Shown here: positions 61,822-64,000 of the stretch, in pieces
Layout: every line of letters begins with the position of its first letter
How positions within the stretch are numbered: position 1 is the stretch's first letter
Origin: Octopus bimaculoides
Taxonomy: Eukaryota
NCBI RefSeq assembly: GCF_001194135.2
Contig: NC_069003.1
Location: forward strand, 21,418,722-21,482,721
Direction of reading: 5' to 3'
Length of the DNA stretch: 64,000 nucleotides
The notes under the pieces: model-generated
Database searches by the model: none
What the model was told of the DNA's origin: nothing
What the model saw: the letters and a program-made list of their open reading frames with translations, nothing else
Position numbers and translations under genes: made by a program

Positions 61822-62349
61822 GTTATTTCCTTTAGGTTTTAAACAGTTTTATAGCTTTACTTTCGTGCTTCATTCTCTATTAATTATTTCATAATCTTAT
61901 TTATAAATCATAGCCATCACTTATGATTAGCTCTTAGACATGAAAGTGATTTGGATTCTAAGATCTAGCGTGCTTTGTGTAGTATAGCTGGTGGGTTATA
62001 TTTTACACACACACACACACATATTGATATAAGAGAAGATAGGTTTTGAGATGGAAAAATAGATTGTATAGTTTAATAAATGGATAGAAAGATGTTTGTG
62101 AGCTTGTTTTTACATCTATTTTTCCAAGCTAGAATGGGTGAGATGACTATATTATTGTTTTGGGGGTTTTTTTACAGCTGGGTGCCCTTCCTGTCACTAA
62201 CCATTACATGTCTCTTAAGTGACAGCTCCCTTATTTCAGTTATGAAAGTGCAGTTTTGAAAGCAGAGAATTTATTGACAATGACAACACTGCTAGTAGCT
62301 TGCTACACTTGAACACAAATGTAAATGTACACACACACACAGGTAAACA

Positions 62350-62905
62350 CACACACACACATAAATATATGACAGACTTCTTTCAGTTTCCATTTATCAT
62401 ACCCATCTACAAGGGTTTGAGAAGCCTGATGGCAGTTTCTCCATATCCGTAGGTCAAGAGAAAGAGCAGCAATGCCCTCATGTGGTTATGTAAACCAATC
62501 CTTGATGCTGCATGACTTTTCTTCCATCCTACATTTAACTGTTTCAAAAGTGAGAGTCAGTCCACACAATCCGACCCCACTCTTAAGACTTGGCGGTCTG
62601 ACCACAGTGGCTCAATGGGCCAAGATGTCTGCAATGACCAGCAAGCTGTAGTTTTAAACCAGAGCAGCCTTCTCCTAGATGGATTGCATTACAGGACTGG
62701 AGAGCTCCATCTACTCAGGAGTTGCTTGAAAGGTGTTGAAGAGGGCACTTGATTGCCAGAGAGACTCCACTCCTAGGCAGGCCTAATGCTATAGGAGAAG
62801 ACATTTGCTCAAGGTGCTGTCCACTGGGACTGAACCTGAATTGGATCTAAGCCAGAAACCACATGGATAGGAAGCAAACTCCTTAACCACACAGCCATGC
62901 CTACA
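62350..62905 (-). mobile_element. SINE family 1 split by a ~390-bp unrelated insert
   Basis: SINE halves at 62350-62415 and 62790-62905; the GC-richer insert is unassigned (possibly a LINE 5' UTR). Confidence 0.55.
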
Positions 62906-63574
62906 CCTATATAGTTTGAATTAAATATATTTTTTTTATTGAAATCCTCAGGGTATGCAGGTATTTTGAAAACACCTCATGGAGTGATAACTGTCACCTG
63001 CATAGTTATGGGTTGCCCTTTGATAGGCATGGCACCCATTCAGCCACCTTGCCAGGGATACAGTGAAATCATGGGACTGCAGCATGGCAGATTGTGAAGT
63101 GGTAGCAGAAGAGCTCAACTGAACCCACATTGCTTCTTATAATGATGCTGAGAGAAGGACTCCTAGAAGATCAATGGTCAGGATCACCAAGCTCTATCAA
63201 GAGAGTAACTGCAATGCATCCATAAGGGTGGCATCCATGGTTGTGTAATCAGCAAATGAAAGATCCACTATGACTCAAGCTCCCAATTCAAATTCATAAC
63301 AATGAAATTGGATAGTGACAGAGAATCAAGGGAATCTGCAAAAGCAGCATGACTGAAGAAGCTTAAAATCTTGAAAAATTCCAAGAGAATGAACTCAATA
63401 CAGTTAATCTGTTTTCCACTTGCCTTTTATTATTCATTAAAATCCTTTAATGCTTAATTAGAAAGGAAGGGTAACAATACTCATGAGGGTCCATGATACT
63501 AGCAGGAAACAGAGAGACAAGGCTCTCTTCAAACCAAAGACTTGATCCAAATGCTTCCATCTGAGTAAACATTG

Positions 63575-63817
63575 TTAACCGTTTAGAATTCAGATTATTC
63601 TATCAAATATAATCTTATTTATTCACATTATTTTGAATTGATCATACATTATCCAATTCATACATTATCTCATAGCTTTGAGATTTTAGTGGTGTGGGTG
63701 TTTATTTTTAAAATGGCATTGTAGGGTAGGTGCGAGAGGCCAGATTTGGCCAGTTTGTCAATAAAACAGGAAGAATATTTTGGTCAGACGTGGCTGGTTT
63801 AAATGCTAAAGGGTTAA
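63575..63817 (+). mobile_element. MITE family A
   Basis: TTAA at both ends; body matches 18936-19156, with a small internal duplication. Confidence 0.88.
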
Positions 63818-64000
63818 AGGCATCCAAAAACCAGGTGGTGATGTTAAAATTCAAAGGTGGGTTAAGTCTCCCACCAAAGTGGACCATAGCAGGATTTGAA
63901 CCAACAATGTAATAAGATGGAATAAATACTGCAAAGTATTTGTTTGTCCTGATGCTCTAACAACTCTGCCAATTCACCTCGTCATCCAGATCGAGCCTTA

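Noticed and set aside
1-64000. Most ORFs in the supplied track (poly-YI, HT, N, K, X runs)
   Set aside because: They are stop-free readings of (TA)n, (CA)n and triplet repeats, N-gaps or SINE bodies, with no protein-like composition.

Overview
This is AT-rich, microsatellite-dense animal genomic DNA with 11 N-gaps. The repeat families look like those of Octopus (inference, not database-checked). Nearly all of the window is intronic. On the minus strand I could assemble four GT-AG coding exons (44390-44491, 13519-13623, 4703-4821, 1310-1407). They splice in frame into the N-terminal FERM domain of a FARP1/FARP2/FRMD7 (Cdep)-family protein, and the gene continues off the left edge. The rest is transposon debris: three tRNA-derived SINE families, RTE and R4/Dong-type LINE fragments, mariner elements, a hAT remnant, hAT MITEs and TTAA-flanked piggyBac-type MITEs, often nested. 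The ORF track is almost entirely microsatellite or gap artefact. The best leads are RNA-structural. (1) A TSD-flanked 486-bp palindromic element (46424-46909) has a tRNA-like head and a minimal hammerhead ribozyme motif in each arm. (2) A second, unrelated hammerhead motif lies at 51810-51890. (3) A (CAA)n-tailed short repeat family has a 5' end with the helix order of an HDV-like ribozyme and a covarying P4 hairpin, but no obvious P1.1. Several long inverted repeats could form dsRNA in the pre-mRNA. None of the ribozyme calls is tested, and their novelty is unverified.
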